From: an uncultured Rikenella sp.
GTDB taxonomy: Bacteria; Bacteroidota; Bacteroidia; Bacteroidales; VadinHA17
Reading direction: 5' to 3'
Length of the DNA: 64,000 nucleotides
Assembly: GCA_964537135.1 (NCBI GenBank)
Contig: CAZHZC010000010.1
Span: 3,866 to 67,865, forward strand
This document shows, one piece after another, positions 8,164-18,373 of the stretch. A program made the translations under genes and the position numbers. A model generated the notes under the pieces. The model searched no databases and was not told where the DNA came from. It saw only the letters and a program-made list of their open reading frames with translations. The stretch's first letter is position 1; each line of letters opens with the position of its first letter.

Positions 8164-9141
8164 ATGACCACTGAAAAGTATGTTGTCGGAATAGACATTG
8201 GCGGTACCAATACCGCCTTCGGTATCGTTAACCGCTCAGGAAAGATCATTGCCTCCGGTACGATAGCCACTGCACACTATGGTGACCCGGGCCATTTTGT
8301 CGCTGCCCTCTGGGAGAGGGTGGTGGCCGCCGCACAGGAGAGAGGCCTTGAAAACTCACTCACAGGAATCGGCATAGGAGCCCCGATGGGTAACATCAAC
8401 AAGGGTACCATAGAGCATGCTGCCGGACTGCCATGGAAAGGGATAGTGCCGCTGGCTGAAACCTTTAAGGCACATACACCGTTGCCGGTGATAGTAACCA
8501 ATGATGCCAATGCCGCTGCAGTGGGAGAGATGATCTACGGCGGAGCCAGAGAGATGAAAGACTTTGTCATGATAACACTCGGCACAGGCCTCGGCAGCGG
8601 GTTTGTCGTCAATGGCAGACTGGTGTACGGTCATGATGGATTTGCTGGTGAGCTGGGACATACAACCATTAAACCCGGACTCTCCACACGTCAGTGCGGA
8701 TGCGGACGAAAAGGGTGCCTGGAGACATATGTCTCAGCTACCGGACTGAAACGAACAGTACTGAAAATCATGGCTGACAGGCTGGAGGAGAGTGAGTTGA
8801 GAGGATACTGCCTTAATGAGCTGAGCGCCAAGACTATCGCAGAGGCTGCCCGGGAGGGTGACCCGATAGCCAGGGAGGCATTTGAATATACCGGTGCCAT
8901 GCTGGGACTAAAACTGGCCGAAGTGGTGGCACATACCAGTCCTGAGGCAATATTTCTGTTTGGCGGACTGGCACTGGCCGGTGAGCTGATATTTGAGCCG
9001 GCAAAAAGACATATGGAGGAGAACCTGCTATATATATACCGGGGTAAGGTGAAACTGCTGCCATCAGAACTGAGCATGGAGAATGCCGCTGTGCTGGGAG
9101 CAAGCTCACTGGCATGGATGAGCGGTGAGAAACCGGAGTAA
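8164..9141 (+). CDS. ROK family sugar kinase, paralog 2
   Basis: It carries the same motif set as paralog 1 (IDIGGTN, NDANAAAVGE, GTGLGSG, GELGH, CGCGRKGCLE) and aligns colinearly along its full length. Confidence 0.85.
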   Translation: MTTEKYVVGIDIGGTNTAFGIVNRSGKIIASGTIATAHYGDPGHFVAALWERVVAAAQERGLENSLTGIGIGAPMGNINKGTIEHAAGLPWKGIVPLAETFKAHTPLPVIVTNDANAAAVGEMIYGGAREMKDFVMITLGTGLGSGFVVNGRLVYGHDGFAGELGHTTIKPGLSTRQCGCGRKGCLETYVSATGLKRTVLKIMADRLEESELRGYCLNELSAKTIAEAAREGDPIAREAFEYTGAMLGLKLAEVVAHTSPEAIFLFGGLALAGELIFEPAKRHMEENLLYIYRGKVKLLPSELSMENAAVLGASSLAWMSGEKPE

Positions 9142-9370
9142 CAGTCCGGAGCAGAGCTGACAAGAGATACAACAGCCAGAGCAGCAGCCAGGGTACTGAT
9201 GAGAAGTTAGGAGAGTGGAGAGCCGGCTACAGAAGGCAGAGAGAAAACAGGGCAGCTACCGGGAACTGAGTTGAGAAGCCAGTGAGCAACGGAGGAAAAT
9301 AGCGGAAGGCAGAGAGAAAAAAAGCAACAGCCAGGGTAGTGATGAGAAGTAAGAGACGAGAAAACAGAGG

Positions 9371-9742
9371 GTGATGATGAATTATGTCATAGGGGTACTT
9401 TTTATGGTGATAGTCTTCTCCATAGCATACGCCTATCTTAAGCCTCACCGGATGCATCATGCCAGGCCACTATCCACCCTGGCACTCAAGAGTACCTACC
9501 TGCTCTACCTGCTGGTGATGCTGCTGGTGATCTATTTCGCCAGCCTGAGAGGAGGAGGGGTGAGCCAGGTATTTGACGGCGCCAGATTCTTTCTCTTCCT
9601 CATAGTGCTCTTCGTGCCAACAGCAGGAATATTCTCAAGAAAACTGTCGCGCTTCAGCGGAAAGAGAGTCAAATACAATATCATATTCAGTATCATTAAC
9701 ATTGCCCTGACACTGCTGGTGATACTGCTCTGCAGGTATTGA
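9371..9742 (+). CDS. Small integral membrane protein (about 4 TM segments), unknown function
   Basis: The 123-aa product has four hydrophobic stretches separated by basic loops. No family recognised. Confidence 0.45.
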   Translation: MMMNYVIGVLFMVIVFSIAYAYLKPHRMHHARPLSTLALKSTYLLYLLVMLLVIYFASLRGGGVSQVFDGARFFLFLIVLFVPTAGIFSRKLSRFSGKRVKYNIIFSIINIALTLLVILLCRY

Positions 9743-9767
9743 TCTCGTTTTAGTTATTGGAAAAGGT

Positions 9768-9775
9768 TACATTTG
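9768..9775 (+). promoter_or_regulatory. Candidate -7 box (TACATTTG)
   Basis: The sequence matches TAnnTTTG 28 nt upstream of the ATG at 9804. Confidence 0.45.
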
Positions 9776-9803
9776 TCAGGAAATCAGTAATACCCCACAT
9801 GTT

Positions 9804-11456
9804 ATGATTAAGGAAAGATTTATCACCTACGTTGAGGAGAGCATAAAGAAAAACTGGGAGATAGAAGCGCTCTCCAACTACCGTGAGAAGGGCTACACCT
9901 ATAAGGAGATTGCCCGGGTGATGGTGAAACACCACCTTCTCTTTCGTGAGTATGGTATCAAAGAGGGTGAGATGATAGCCCTCCTTGGCAGGAACTCGGC
10001 CAACTGGTGCGCCATGTACCTGGCAGTGGTTACCTATGGTGCCGTGGTAGTACCCATACTGCCCGACTTCAAGCCTGATGATATCCACAACATCATCAAC
10101 CATTCTGACTCTAAGATGCTCTTTGTTGATGACCGACTGTGGGAGAGCCTTGATGCAGAAAAGATCACTGAGAACCAGTGCGCAGTGAGCCTCGACTCAT
10201 TTGATATACTGATGAGCCGGTCAGAGAAATTCAATGAACTATACAGCAAGATCGATGACCAGTTTGAAAAGAGCTACTCCTCATTCTCACCTGACGATAT
10301 CCGTTTCTCAGGTGTTGACAATGAGAAGATGGCGGTACTGAGCTACACCTCAGGAACAACGGGTTTCTCAAAAGGGGTGATGATACCTCATCGCAGCCTC
10401 GCTGCAAATATCAGGTATGCACAAACAAATATGCCACTTGAGCCGGGCGACCCGGTGGTATCATTCCTGCCACTGGCACATACCTACGGCTGCGCCTTTG
10501 AGTTCCTCTTCCCATTCACCTACGGTTGTCACATAACCATACTGACAAAGACTCCTTCGCCACAGATACTGATACAGGCATTCAAAGAGATAAGGCCAAG
10601 ACTGATCCTCTCGGTGCCGCTGGTGATAGAGAAGATATACAAGAAGCAGCTGCTGCCGGTGATCAGCAAGCCCGCCATGAAGGTGCTGCTCAAAATTCCC
10701 GGTATAAACCAGATACTGTTCAGCAAGGTGAGAGGGAAACTTGAGACCAGCTTCGGCGAACAGTTTAAAGAGCTGGTGATAGGAGGGGCAGCCTTTAACC
10801 TCGATGCAGAGAAGTTTTTCAGGAAGATAGGGATGCGCTATGCCGTGGGATACGGAATGACAGAGTGTGGTCCACTTATCAGCTATGACGGATGGCGTAC
10901 AAACAGGCTGGCATCATGCGGCAAATCGGTAGATACGCTTGAGGTGAAAATAGACTCCCCGGACCCCGAAAACGTGGTAGGCGAGATAATATTGAGAGGA
11001 GATAACGTCATGCTCGGTTATTACAAGAACGAGAAGGCTACCAAAGAGGTGATAGATGAGAATGGCTGGATGCATACAGGTGATCTGGGGGTGATTGATA
11101 AGGATGGATATATCTATATCAGGGGAAGAAGCAAGGATATGTTGCTGGATGCGTCAGGGAAAAATATCTACCCCGAAGAGATCGAATCAGTTATCAATAA
11201 CCATAAATATGTGGTTGAGTCGGTGGTCATCTCAGAGAATGACAGGCTGGTAGGACTGATCTGTCCTGATTACGAAGCGATGAAGAGTGACGGTATAGAG
11301 AAGGAGGGAGTGGCGGCAGCACTTGACACAGTACGTAAGGAGGTGAACCAGAGGCTTCCCGACTATATGGGGGTGACCAGGTTCAAAGAACATCCTGAAG
11401 AGTTTGCCAAGACACCTAAGAAGAGTATCAAGAGATACCTCTATATGAAGAGCTGA
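9804..11456 (+). CDS. AMP-binding enzyme, long-chain-fatty-acid--CoA ligase-like
   Basis: It has the AMP-binding motif LSYTSGTTGFSKGVMIPHRSL, plus GYGMTECG, TGDLG and a C-terminal KxxR segment. Confidence 0.8.
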   Translation: MIKERFITYVEESIKKNWEIEALSNYREKGYTYKEIARVMVKHHLLFREYGIKEGEMIALLGRNSANWCAMYLAVVTYGAVVVPILPDFKPDDIHNIINHSDSKMLFVDDRLWESLDAEKITENQCAVSLDSFDILMSRSEKFNELYSKIDDQFEKSYSSFSPDDIRFSGVDNEKMAVLSYTSGTTGFSKGVMIPHRSLAANIRYAQTNMPLEPGDPVVSFLPLAHTYGCAFEFLFPFTYGCHITILTKTPSPQILIQAFKEIRPRLILSVPLVIEKIYKKQLLPVISKPAMKVLLKIPGINQILFSKVRGKLETSFGEQFKELVIGGAAFNLDAEKFFRKIGMRYAVGYGMTECGPLISYDGWRTNRLASCGKSVDTLEVKIDSPDPENVVGEIILRGDNVMLGYYKNEKATKEVIDENGWMHTGDLGVIDKDGYIYIRGRSKDMLLDASGKNIYPEEIESVINNHKYVVESVVISENDRLVGLICPDYEAMKSDGIEKEGVAAALDTVRKEVNQRLPDYMGVTRFKEHPEEFAKTPKKSIKRYLYMKS

Positions 11457-11510
11457 TAAAGATAAGAAGTGAAGAGGCCCCGGGAAGGGCCTCTCCCATG
11501 ATATCTGCCA

Positions 11511-12383
11511 GTGAAGAGATACTGTGTCATAGTTGCAGGAGGAAGCGGACGACGGATGAGATCCTTCATCCCGAAACAGTTCCTTCTCCTGGAGGGGAAG
11601 CCGGTGCTGATGCATACCATCATACGGTTCCACTCGTTTGACCCCTCAATAAAAATTGTAGTGGTTCTGCCGGCTGAGTACCATGAGACATGGGAACGAT
11701 TATGCAGTGAGCATATGTTCAATATTCCACACGTCGTGACCAGTGGCGGAGACGAGAGATTCCACTCGGTAAAGGCAGGACTGGCACACGTGACAGAGGA
11801 GTCGCTGGTGGCCCTCCATGACGGGGTGAGACCGCTGGTGAGCCATGAGACAATAGAGAGGTGCTATGCTGATGCTGAACAGTATGGTAATGCAGTGCCA
11901 TACATTGAGCCGGCTGACTCGGTAAGGGTGACAGAAGAGAAGAATACAAGCCAGCCGCTGCAAGAGAGCGGGGTGACAGAAGAGAAGAATACGAGCCAGC
12001 CGCTGCAAGAGAGCGGGGGGACTGGTGAAAAGATTGAGAGCCAGCTGCTGCAAGAGAGCGGGGTGACCGATGCCGAAAAGGGTTACCCGGAAAAAGGAGG
12101 CCCGGTGACTGGCGAGAAGGAGAGTTTCCCGCTGCAGAGGAGCAGGGTGAAGCTGATACAGACCCCACAGGTATTTCAGAGCCAGCTGATAAAGAAGGCA
12201 TACCAGCAGCACTACAGTGAGGCATTCACTGATGATGCCACCGTGGCAGAGGCTGACGGCGTGAAGATACACCTCACCCCCGGCAATCGCGAGAACATTA
12301 AGATCACCACCCCTGAAGACCTGGTGGTAGCCGGTGCGTTGATACAGGTGCTGAGAGGGCCGGATAAGAGAAACCATCTTTGA
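11511..12383 (+). CDS. ispD: 2-C-methyl-D-erythritol 4-phosphate cytidylyltransferase with an internal repeat insertion
   Basis: It starts at GTG and carries VIVAGGSGRRM, HDGVRP and IQTPQVF motifs. It is ~55-60 aa longer than typical IspD because of a 45-bp tandem repeat. Confidence 0.85.
   Translation: MKRYCVIVAGGSGRRMRSFIPKQFLLLEGKPVLMHTIIRFHSFDPSIKIVVVLPAEYHETWERLCSEHMFNIPHVVTSGGDERFHSVKAGLAHVTEESLVALHDGVRPLVSHETIERCYADAEQYGNAVPYIEPADSVRVTEEKNTSQPLQESGVTEEKNTSQPLQESGGTGEKIESQLLQESGVTDAEKGYPEKGGPVTGEKESFPLQRSRVKLIQTPQVFQSQLIKKAYQQHYSEAFTDDATVAEADGVKIHLTPGNRENIKITTPEDLVVAGALIQVLRGPDKRNHL
11928..12075. repeat. 45-bp in-frame tandem repeat, 3 copies plus a partial one
   Basis: Units lie at 11928-11972, 11973-12017 and 12018-12062. 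They encode VTEEKNTSQPLQESG, the same again, and GTGEKIESQLLQESG. Confidence 0.9.
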
Positions 12384-12396
12384 AAGGTCATGATAT

Positions 12397-13758
12397 ATGA
12401 ATGAGCAGGAGCGCGTGACACGAGGCCGGAATCTTGAAGTGAGAAAGGTAAATGAGGCTGATGAGGAGATTATCACCCTTCTCAGAGAGACGGTGCTGGG
12501 CTCTGAAGGAGGAATGCAGTACTCAATGCAGAACACTCCTGAACGGATACGCGCCTATGGAGAGAGCATCTCATTCATGGCGCTCTACAAGAGAAACAGC
12601 CTCAAAGGGGTGATCGGACTGTGCCAGCGTACCATCACCAACAGGGGAATAAGGTACCCCTCCACATACCTGCGCTACCTCTCGGTGCATAGCGCCTTCC
12701 AGACAGCACGTGGACCCAAAAGACGTAAGGAACGTGTAGCCGCTGCCGGAGAGGGATTTAAACGAAAAATACTGGAACTGTTCAGAGACCCGCGACTGCT
12801 GACCGGTGACCTGCCCCTCACAAATGATGGTATGCGGTCACCCGCCGCTACCCATGCCTCGCCGACACAACCCTCTGCCGCTGATATGGCGCCGCCGCCC
12901 TCTTCCGTCGCTGATATGGCGCCGCCACAAACCTCTGCCGCTGATACTTCGTCATCGCCACCCTTCGCTGCTGATCATCTGTCGCCACAATCTTCCGCTG
13001 CTGATACCTCGCTAACGGAACCCTCTGCCGCTGATATGGCGCCGCCGCCCTCTTCCGAGATTCCGCCTCATGTTTTCTACGCATATGTTGAGAGTCGCAA
13101 TGAGAGGTCAAGAAACCTTATCAGCCAGGCAGGCTATGAATATATCCGTTCCTTCCTGACGGTAGCCTTTAGTCGCTTCAATCCCAGGCCACACCCGTTG
13201 GTGAAGCGACTTACGCCTGATGAGGAGCCGGCCATGGCTGAGCTGCTGAACACTATGTACAGTGACTACTGCTTCTATACCGACCAGTTCTCATTCCATG
13301 ACCACCGTTATTATGTGTTGCGTAAGGAGGGGGTGGTTGTTGCAGGGGTGGGGGCGGTGCCGGCAGAGTACCGGATGGTTAATGTGCCCGGGGTGTGGGG
13401 ATGGCTGATGATGAGGGTACTGCCCAAAACACCACTCTTCCGCAGACTCTTCCAGCCAGAGTCGTTCAGATATATCATACTCAATGCTATCTACTGCCGT
13501 AAGGGAAGCGAGGCACTGCTGCCCGACCTGTTTGAGGCTGTATGTGCAACGGAGGGGTATAATACGGCACTGACCTGGCTTGATGATCACTCACAGCTCT
13601 ATGATACCCTGCGAACCAACAGAAGGATGGGAGCTATAAACCGGATGTTAAATGCCAAACCCGGACTGGTATATGCCCTCTTCAGCGGACTCTCACCACT
13701 GGAGATAGAGATGTTTTATGAGGCGCCGGCCTATATATCAGGATTTGATTTTTCTTAA
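12397..13758 (+). CDS. Hypothetical protein, possible GNAT-fold acyltransferase with a repeat insertion
   Basis: The N-terminal half loosely resembles a GNAT core (LEVRKVNEADEE..., YLRYLSVHSAFQ, YVESRNERSRNLISQAGYEYI). It is interrupted by ~65 aa of (SAADMAPPPS)-like repeats. Assignment is weak. Confidence 0.35.
   Translation: MNEQERVTRGRNLEVRKVNEADEEIITLLRETVLGSEGGMQYSMQNTPERIRAYGESISFMALYKRNSLKGVIGLCQRTITNRGIRYPSTYLRYLSVHSAFQTARGPKRRKERVAAAGEGFKRKILELFRDPRLLTGDLPLTNDGMRSPAATHASPTQPSAADMAPPPSSVADMAPPQTSAADTSSSPPFAADHLSPQSSAADTSLTEPSAADMAPPPSSEIPPHVFYAYVESRNERSRNLISQAGYEYIRSFLTVAFSRFNPRPHPLVKRLTPDEEPAMAELLNTMYSDYCFYTDQFSFHDHRYYVLRKEGVVVAGVGAVPAEYRMVNVPGVWGWLMMRVLPKTPLFRRLFQPESFRYIILNAIYCRKGSEALLPDLFEAVCATEGYNTALTWLDDHSQLYDTLRTNRRMGAINRMLNAKPGLVYALFSGLSPLEIEMFYEAPAYISGFDFS
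12871..13056. repeat. ~30-bp in-frame tandem repeat, about 6 degenerate copies
   Basis: tctgccgctgatatggcgccgccgccc-like units encode SAADMAPPPS, SVADMAPPQT, SAADTSSSPP and similar. Confidence 0.85.
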
Positions 13759-14209
13759 GAGAGGTTTGGTGCTGATTGCTCTATTGAGATTTGACCAGCC
13801 GATATTGTATACCTCTTCCCGTCAGTTGTACCGGAAGCACCGTTACTCATCAGCAGACTGAATCTGCCAGAGGCTGCTTAAGTCATAGTAGTGTGATAAT
13901 CAGGAGTATGGATGGCGAGCTGAATCTGCTCACCTCTACCTGAAAAGTCTGGATTTATGATGATGTACCCCCTAAAAACTGCCACACAGACCCTTGCGAT
14001 TTGAGATCTGTGTGGCTGACAGGGAAATGGGGGGAAGAACCACCTGTCAATCGATTTATAACCTATCCGGCTTTTTATTTCTGTATCTGATGATAAAGAT
14101 TCGATAAAAATCTATCATCCCAAAACATATAGGTGCCCATTGTACAAAGAGGCTCCTCTAACGTATGAGCTGGGTGGTTTGTATGATTAAGTGAAAATAT
14201 GTTAAAATT

Positions 14210-14968
14210 TTAGTTCTCTCCCAACCGGTTTTTCATGTACTCCATAAGGCTTTTCACCTTCTCTTTTGAGATGTCACACCGGTACTCTTTATTATCTCTG
14301 ATGAAGACGCAGGTCATCTGCTTCATATCAATACGCGCCAGGTATGTGGTATTTATTATTGTCGATCTTCCTGTCCTGAAAAACTGTTTCCCCAGGTGTG
14401 TCTCAATATTTCCGATAAGGGCTGTCACGGTCTCAACCCTTCCTGAGGTGAAGTGAAAGTTTGAGTAGTTGCCATCGACTGAGATATATACCACATCATC
14501 GGTATCAATAAATGTCACCCCGGTGATACCCTTGAATATCAATATTCGTTCACTGTTGCTGACAGAGGGCTGCTTCTCGGTTTCCTTCCTGCGTGTGTTG
14601 CTGTTGTGTCTCTGAAGAGTCTCTACAAGCCGGTCGGGGTCTATAGGCTTGAGGAGGTAATCAAAGGCGGCATAGTCAAACGCTTTGATGGCAAACTCAT
14701 CATGGGCGGTGGTGAATACCACATGGAGATCAGACTCAGGCAGCTTGCGCACATCGTTCAATATGTCAAACCCTGACATGCCCGGCATCTGTATATCGAG
14801 GAAAAGTATGTCGGGTTCAAACTCTGTAAGAAGCTCTATAGCCTCAAACGGATTGGTGGTGGCAGAAACTACCGTCGCCAGTCCTGTAGCTTCTATTAGT
14901 CCGGCCAGAAGATCCAGCGCCTCAGGCTCATCTTCAACGATAACTGTTTTTATAGGTGTATGGGTCAT
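14210..14968 (-). CDS. LytTR/AlgR family response regulator
   Basis: It has an N-terminal receiver domain (VIVEDEP, LFLDIQMPGMSG) and a C-terminal LytTR DNA-binding domain. It lies 29 bp downstream of the sensor kinase. Confidence 0.85.
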   Translation of the reverse strand: MTHTPIKTVIVEDEPEALDLLAGLIEATGLATVVSATTNPFEAIELLTEFEPDILFLDIQMPGMSGFDILNDVRKLPESDLHVVFTTAHDEFAIKAFDYAAFDYLLKPIDPDRLVETLQRHNSNTRRKETEKQPSVSNSERILIFKGITGVTFIDTDDVVYISVDGNYSNFHFTSGRVETVTALIGNIETHLGKQFFRTGRSTIINTTYLARIDMKQMTCVFIRDNKEYRCDISKEKVKSLMEYMKNRLGEN

Positions 14969-14997
14969 GGTCTCTCTTTTGGGTTACTCAATAGTGG

Positions 14998-17900
14998 TTA
15001 CTCAATAGTGATCAGGTCACCAGGAAAAGTTAGTGCAAAATTATGGGGCAGGAAGATCCTTACCTCCGTCCCTGCCGCCTGCCCGTTATCAAACAGGTCA
15101 GTGATTGATACTGTGATCTTCTGCCTGTAGGCCTTGTTAATAGTCTCAACAATACCGTTGATATTTTTTAGTCCGGTACGCAGACCGTCAGTCCCTATCC
15201 TGGCTGCTGCAGCCCTGCCAATGCCATTGTCACGTACAACCACCTCAATGCCTTTACCCGGGCTGCTGATATTGACCTCAATGATTCCCTGACCGGTCTT
15301 ATTCTCCAGCCCGTGCTTCAGGGCATTCTCAACAAATGACTGGATGATCATCTTTGGAACAGGGGTGGCGAGGTTTACTGCAGGATCAACTTCAATCCGG
15401 TATTCAAACCTGTTCCTGAAGCGCAGCTGCTGGAGGTTACAATAGCGGTTTACAAACTCAAGCTCCTGCTCGAGCGACTTTAGCAGCTTTCCGCTGTCAG
15501 ATATAACAGAGCGTAGCAGGTTTGACAGCTTGATAAAGTAGTGGTATGCCCGCTCTTTCTCACCCTTCATGATCAGTGACCCTATTGATGTGACAGCATT
15601 GAAAGTAAAATGAGGGTCAAACTGTCTCACCACTGAGTTGAGCTGTAGCCGGTAGCTCTCTGCCTGGCTGCGGGCGGTTGCAATACGCCGGGTCAATACG
15701 TTTTTTCTTATCTGCAGCGTAAGGAAAACTACCAGCAGCAGTGCCATGAGTGCTATTGCTGACAGGGTAAAGGCCGACTGGAAGAATGTTGGAACAACGT
15801 TTATGGTAAGTGTTGCCGGCGATGTAGAGATCACTCCGTCAGCACTGATTGCCTGCATCTCAAAATTGTACTCGCCAGGCCTGAGGTTAGGAAATATCAC
15901 CCTCCGCTCATCGGTGGGCTGTGACCAGTTCTCGTCAAGACCCTTCATCCTGTACTGATACCTGACATTCTCAGGGTTTCGTGTGGAGATAGCGGTATAG
16001 CTGATCCTGATCCTGTTCCTTCTCCCTTTTAGTTTAACGGTCTCATCCTCATTATAGAAGAGAGAGGCCTCCAGCAGAGACTCCCACTCAGAATTATCAC
16101 CCGGAACCTCTACCCTGGTGATATGGTTACGAGGCGGAAACTGGTTCTTCTCCAGCTTCCCGGGCATGAACCTGATCAGCTTCTCATTGGCAAGGATCCA
16201 CCACCGTCCAAGCTTATCCTTTACAATACCGTTGTCCTGGCAGTCGCTGCCCGTGAACCCCCGGTTTCTGTCAACAATAAAGTAGTAGTCAGGCTCTCCC
16301 TTATAGTATTTATCCAGATCGATGATACATATATCTGTCATGCGTCCTACCAGCAGCCTGTTTTCATCAAGCTGACGTATGACGTTGGCAGGCATATTGA
16401 TATCGGCCGGAAGAGCGGGGATAAACTCAGGCTCATCGGGTGAGCATAGGAAGAGACCATCCGATCCGGCGCTCCATATATTTCCTTTAGGGTCGCATAA
16501 GATGCCCCATACCATCTCAGCCGGTGCCGGCGCTGACCTGAAAGGCACAAATTCCTTTCCGTCAAAAAAGACCACCCCATAGTGCCCCGCCAGCCAGTAG
16601 TTGCCGCTATGATCACGGGCCACCCCCTCCACGATGCCATAGCCGGGCCATGACATCTGTTCGTAGTTGATCACTTCATCACCTTTCAGGTGGAAGAGCC
16701 CCTTGTCGGTTCCCACAAAAACAGTCTTGTCAACCGGATCTTCATAGATGATACATACCTGGAAATCGTAAGGAGCGATAGCTGGCCTGCTGAACCTCTT
16801 TCCGTCCCACACCAGTACGCCCAGGTTGGTTGAGAACCATACCTCACCGTTGCTCAGCAGGGTGCTGCCACGGTAGAAGGCCAGGGTCTCACTGAAGAGT
16901 GACCTGTACCCCCTCGCCCCGATGAAGCCGGTTCCGTCGAAATATTTGAGACTACCATCAACCGTGCCTGTCCAGATACCGCCCCGCGGGTCAGCCACCA
17001 GGGCCCAGGTCCCCTCCGGCAGGCCGCTCATCGCATCATAGTCGATAAACGCCTCCGACAGGAGCCTGTAGATACTGGTTTCGGTACCCAGCCATAAGGT
17101 GCCTTCATTGTCAGTATAGTTGAAGCTGAGTTGTGTGCCATCCCAGAAGATATCACCATAATCCAAGGCGCGCTTCATCTCCTGCGTCTCCTTTGTCAGC
17201 CTGCCGTCAATGATCTCCAGCGACTTAACCGGCCCCTTCTGAATGAGGCTCAGCTTTTTCTTATCATATGACCATACATTTTCATATCTATCAAAGAGAT
17301 AGAGTATGGTGTCCAGCCTGTTGGCAACTGCCGGTATAAATTTCTGACTGGCCAGCGGAGGATAATCGAGGCCGAGGTTACGATACTTTCCATCGCTGAA
17401 GAGCAGTACTGTATAATTGTCATAATCGATGGAGGCGCTCAGGAAAAATGACTCTTCAGAGGCTCCCTCGCATCCACCCAGTATCTGCTTGATACCTATT
17501 GAGTCCGGAACGGGAAACGGGGTAAAGCTCTTACCGTCAAACCGGGCCATACCGTTGAGTGTAATAGCCCATATAACTCCATTCCTACACTCGATAACCT
17601 TCTGCAGCATGTTGGAGGGGAGACCGTCTTTCCGCAGGTATGATATAAAGGAGTGTCCGTCATACCTTGCCAGACCGTTCCTGGTGGGTATCCAAAGGTA
17701 GCCACGGCTGTCCTGCATGATATAGGTTGACTGTGTCTGGGGCAGACCGTCGTCAGGGGTGTACTCCCTGTAAGGATAGGTCTGACCATTGAGCTTTGCG
17801 CCCCCCAGGCAGAGCATCATTACAGCCAGTATCATAGTGAGAAATGCCTTTATCCTTGCTGCCAGCCCTCCAGTCACCCTTGCCGTCATGCTTGCTTCCG

Positions 17901-18045
17901 GCTCTCCTGTCAGCTCCGCGGGGAATCCCAATGAAAGATCCTCTGAGAGTACCTCCCTCAGCTTCACGGTGAGCTCTTCCGTTAGCTCCCCCGTGAGTTC
18001 CTCTGATAGCTCTCCTGTGAGTTTCTCCTTCATCTTCCCCGGCAT
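14998..18045 (-). CDS. Sensor histidine kinase with periplasmic two-component-regulator propeller and Y_Y_Y domains and a LytS/YehU-type kinase core
   Basis: Propeller repeats (DSRGYLWIPTRNGLARYDG and similar) are followed by one TM segment, a His_kinase-type segment (FDPHFTFNAVTSI) and a HATPase_c domain. The first ~50 codons are an LTGEL-type repeat, so the true start may be the ATG at 17889 (MTARV...). Confidence 0.8.
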   Translation of the reverse strand: MPGKMKEKLTGELSEELTGELTEELTVKLREVLSEDLSLGFPAELTGEPEASMTARVTGGLAARIKAFLTMILAVMMLCLGGAKLNGQTYPYREYTPDDGLPQTQSTYIMQDSRGYLWIPTRNGLARYDGHSFISYLRKDGLPSNMLQKVIECRNGVIWAITLNGMARFDGKSFTPFPVPDSIGIKQILGGCEGASEESFFLSASIDYDNYTVLLFSDGKYRNLGLDYPPLASQKFIPAVANRLDTILYLFDRYENVWSYDKKKLSLIQKGPVKSLEIIDGRLTKETQEMKRALDYGDIFWDGTQLSFNYTDNEGTLWLGTETSIYRLLSEAFIDYDAMSGLPEGTWALVADPRGGIWTGTVDGSLKYFDGTGFIGARGYRSLFSETLAFYRGSTLLSNGEVWFSTNLGVLVWDGKRFSRPAIAPYDFQVCIIYEDPVDKTVFVGTDKGLFHLKGDEVINYEQMSWPGYGIVEGVARDHSGNYWLAGHYGVVFFDGKEFVPFRSAPAPAEMVWGILCDPKGNIWSAGSDGLFLCSPDEPEFIPALPADINMPANVIRQLDENRLLVGRMTDICIIDLDKYYKGEPDYYFIVDRNRGFTGSDCQDNGIVKDKLGRWWILANEKLIRFMPGKLEKNQFPPRNHITRVEVPGDNSEWESLLEASLFYNEDETVKLKGRRNRIRISYTAISTRNPENVRYQYRMKGLDENWSQPTDERRVIFPNLRPGEYNFEMQAISADGVISTSPATLTINVVPTFFQSAFTLSAIALMALLLVVFLTLQIRKNVLTRRIATARSQAESYRLQLNSVVRQFDPHFTFNAVTSIGSLIMKGEKERAYHYFIKLSNLLRSVISDSGKLLKSLEQELEFVNRYCNLQQLRFRNRFEYRIEVDPAVNLATPVPKMIIQSFVENALKHGLENKTGQGIIEVNISSPGKGIEVVVRDNGIGRAAAARIGTDGLRTGLKNINGIVETINKAYRQKITVSITDLFDNGQAAGTEVRIFLPHNFALTFPGDLITIE

Positions 18046-18373
18046 ACCCTGTTTTACCGGCCAATCTCTTTAAAAAAGCTTATTAGCGGCCACATAGACA
18101 CTGTTTCGTATGTAAATATATCGGTTTTACAACAGAATAAAAAGAGACCGGTCTGATCCTTGCGCAACATTACTTAGGTCATGCCTGTTGCCTACATTCT
18201 CCTTACCTTACCTGAGGGCAGAATGGTAGTAACTTTTTAAAAATGTTAAAAACCTTACATGATTTGTAGTTGACATTTAAACATCATACTCTTAATTTTG
18301 AGATTGTTCTGCTGGCAGCAGAACTAAATATTTATTGTAATGTTATTTACAATGGCATAAACTGAACTGTCGG

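Noticed and set aside
11700-12536. 278-aa and 168-aa minus-strand ORFs opposite ispD
   Set aside because: They are antisense shadow ORFs whose repetitive parts mirror the ispD 45-bp repeat. No independent support.
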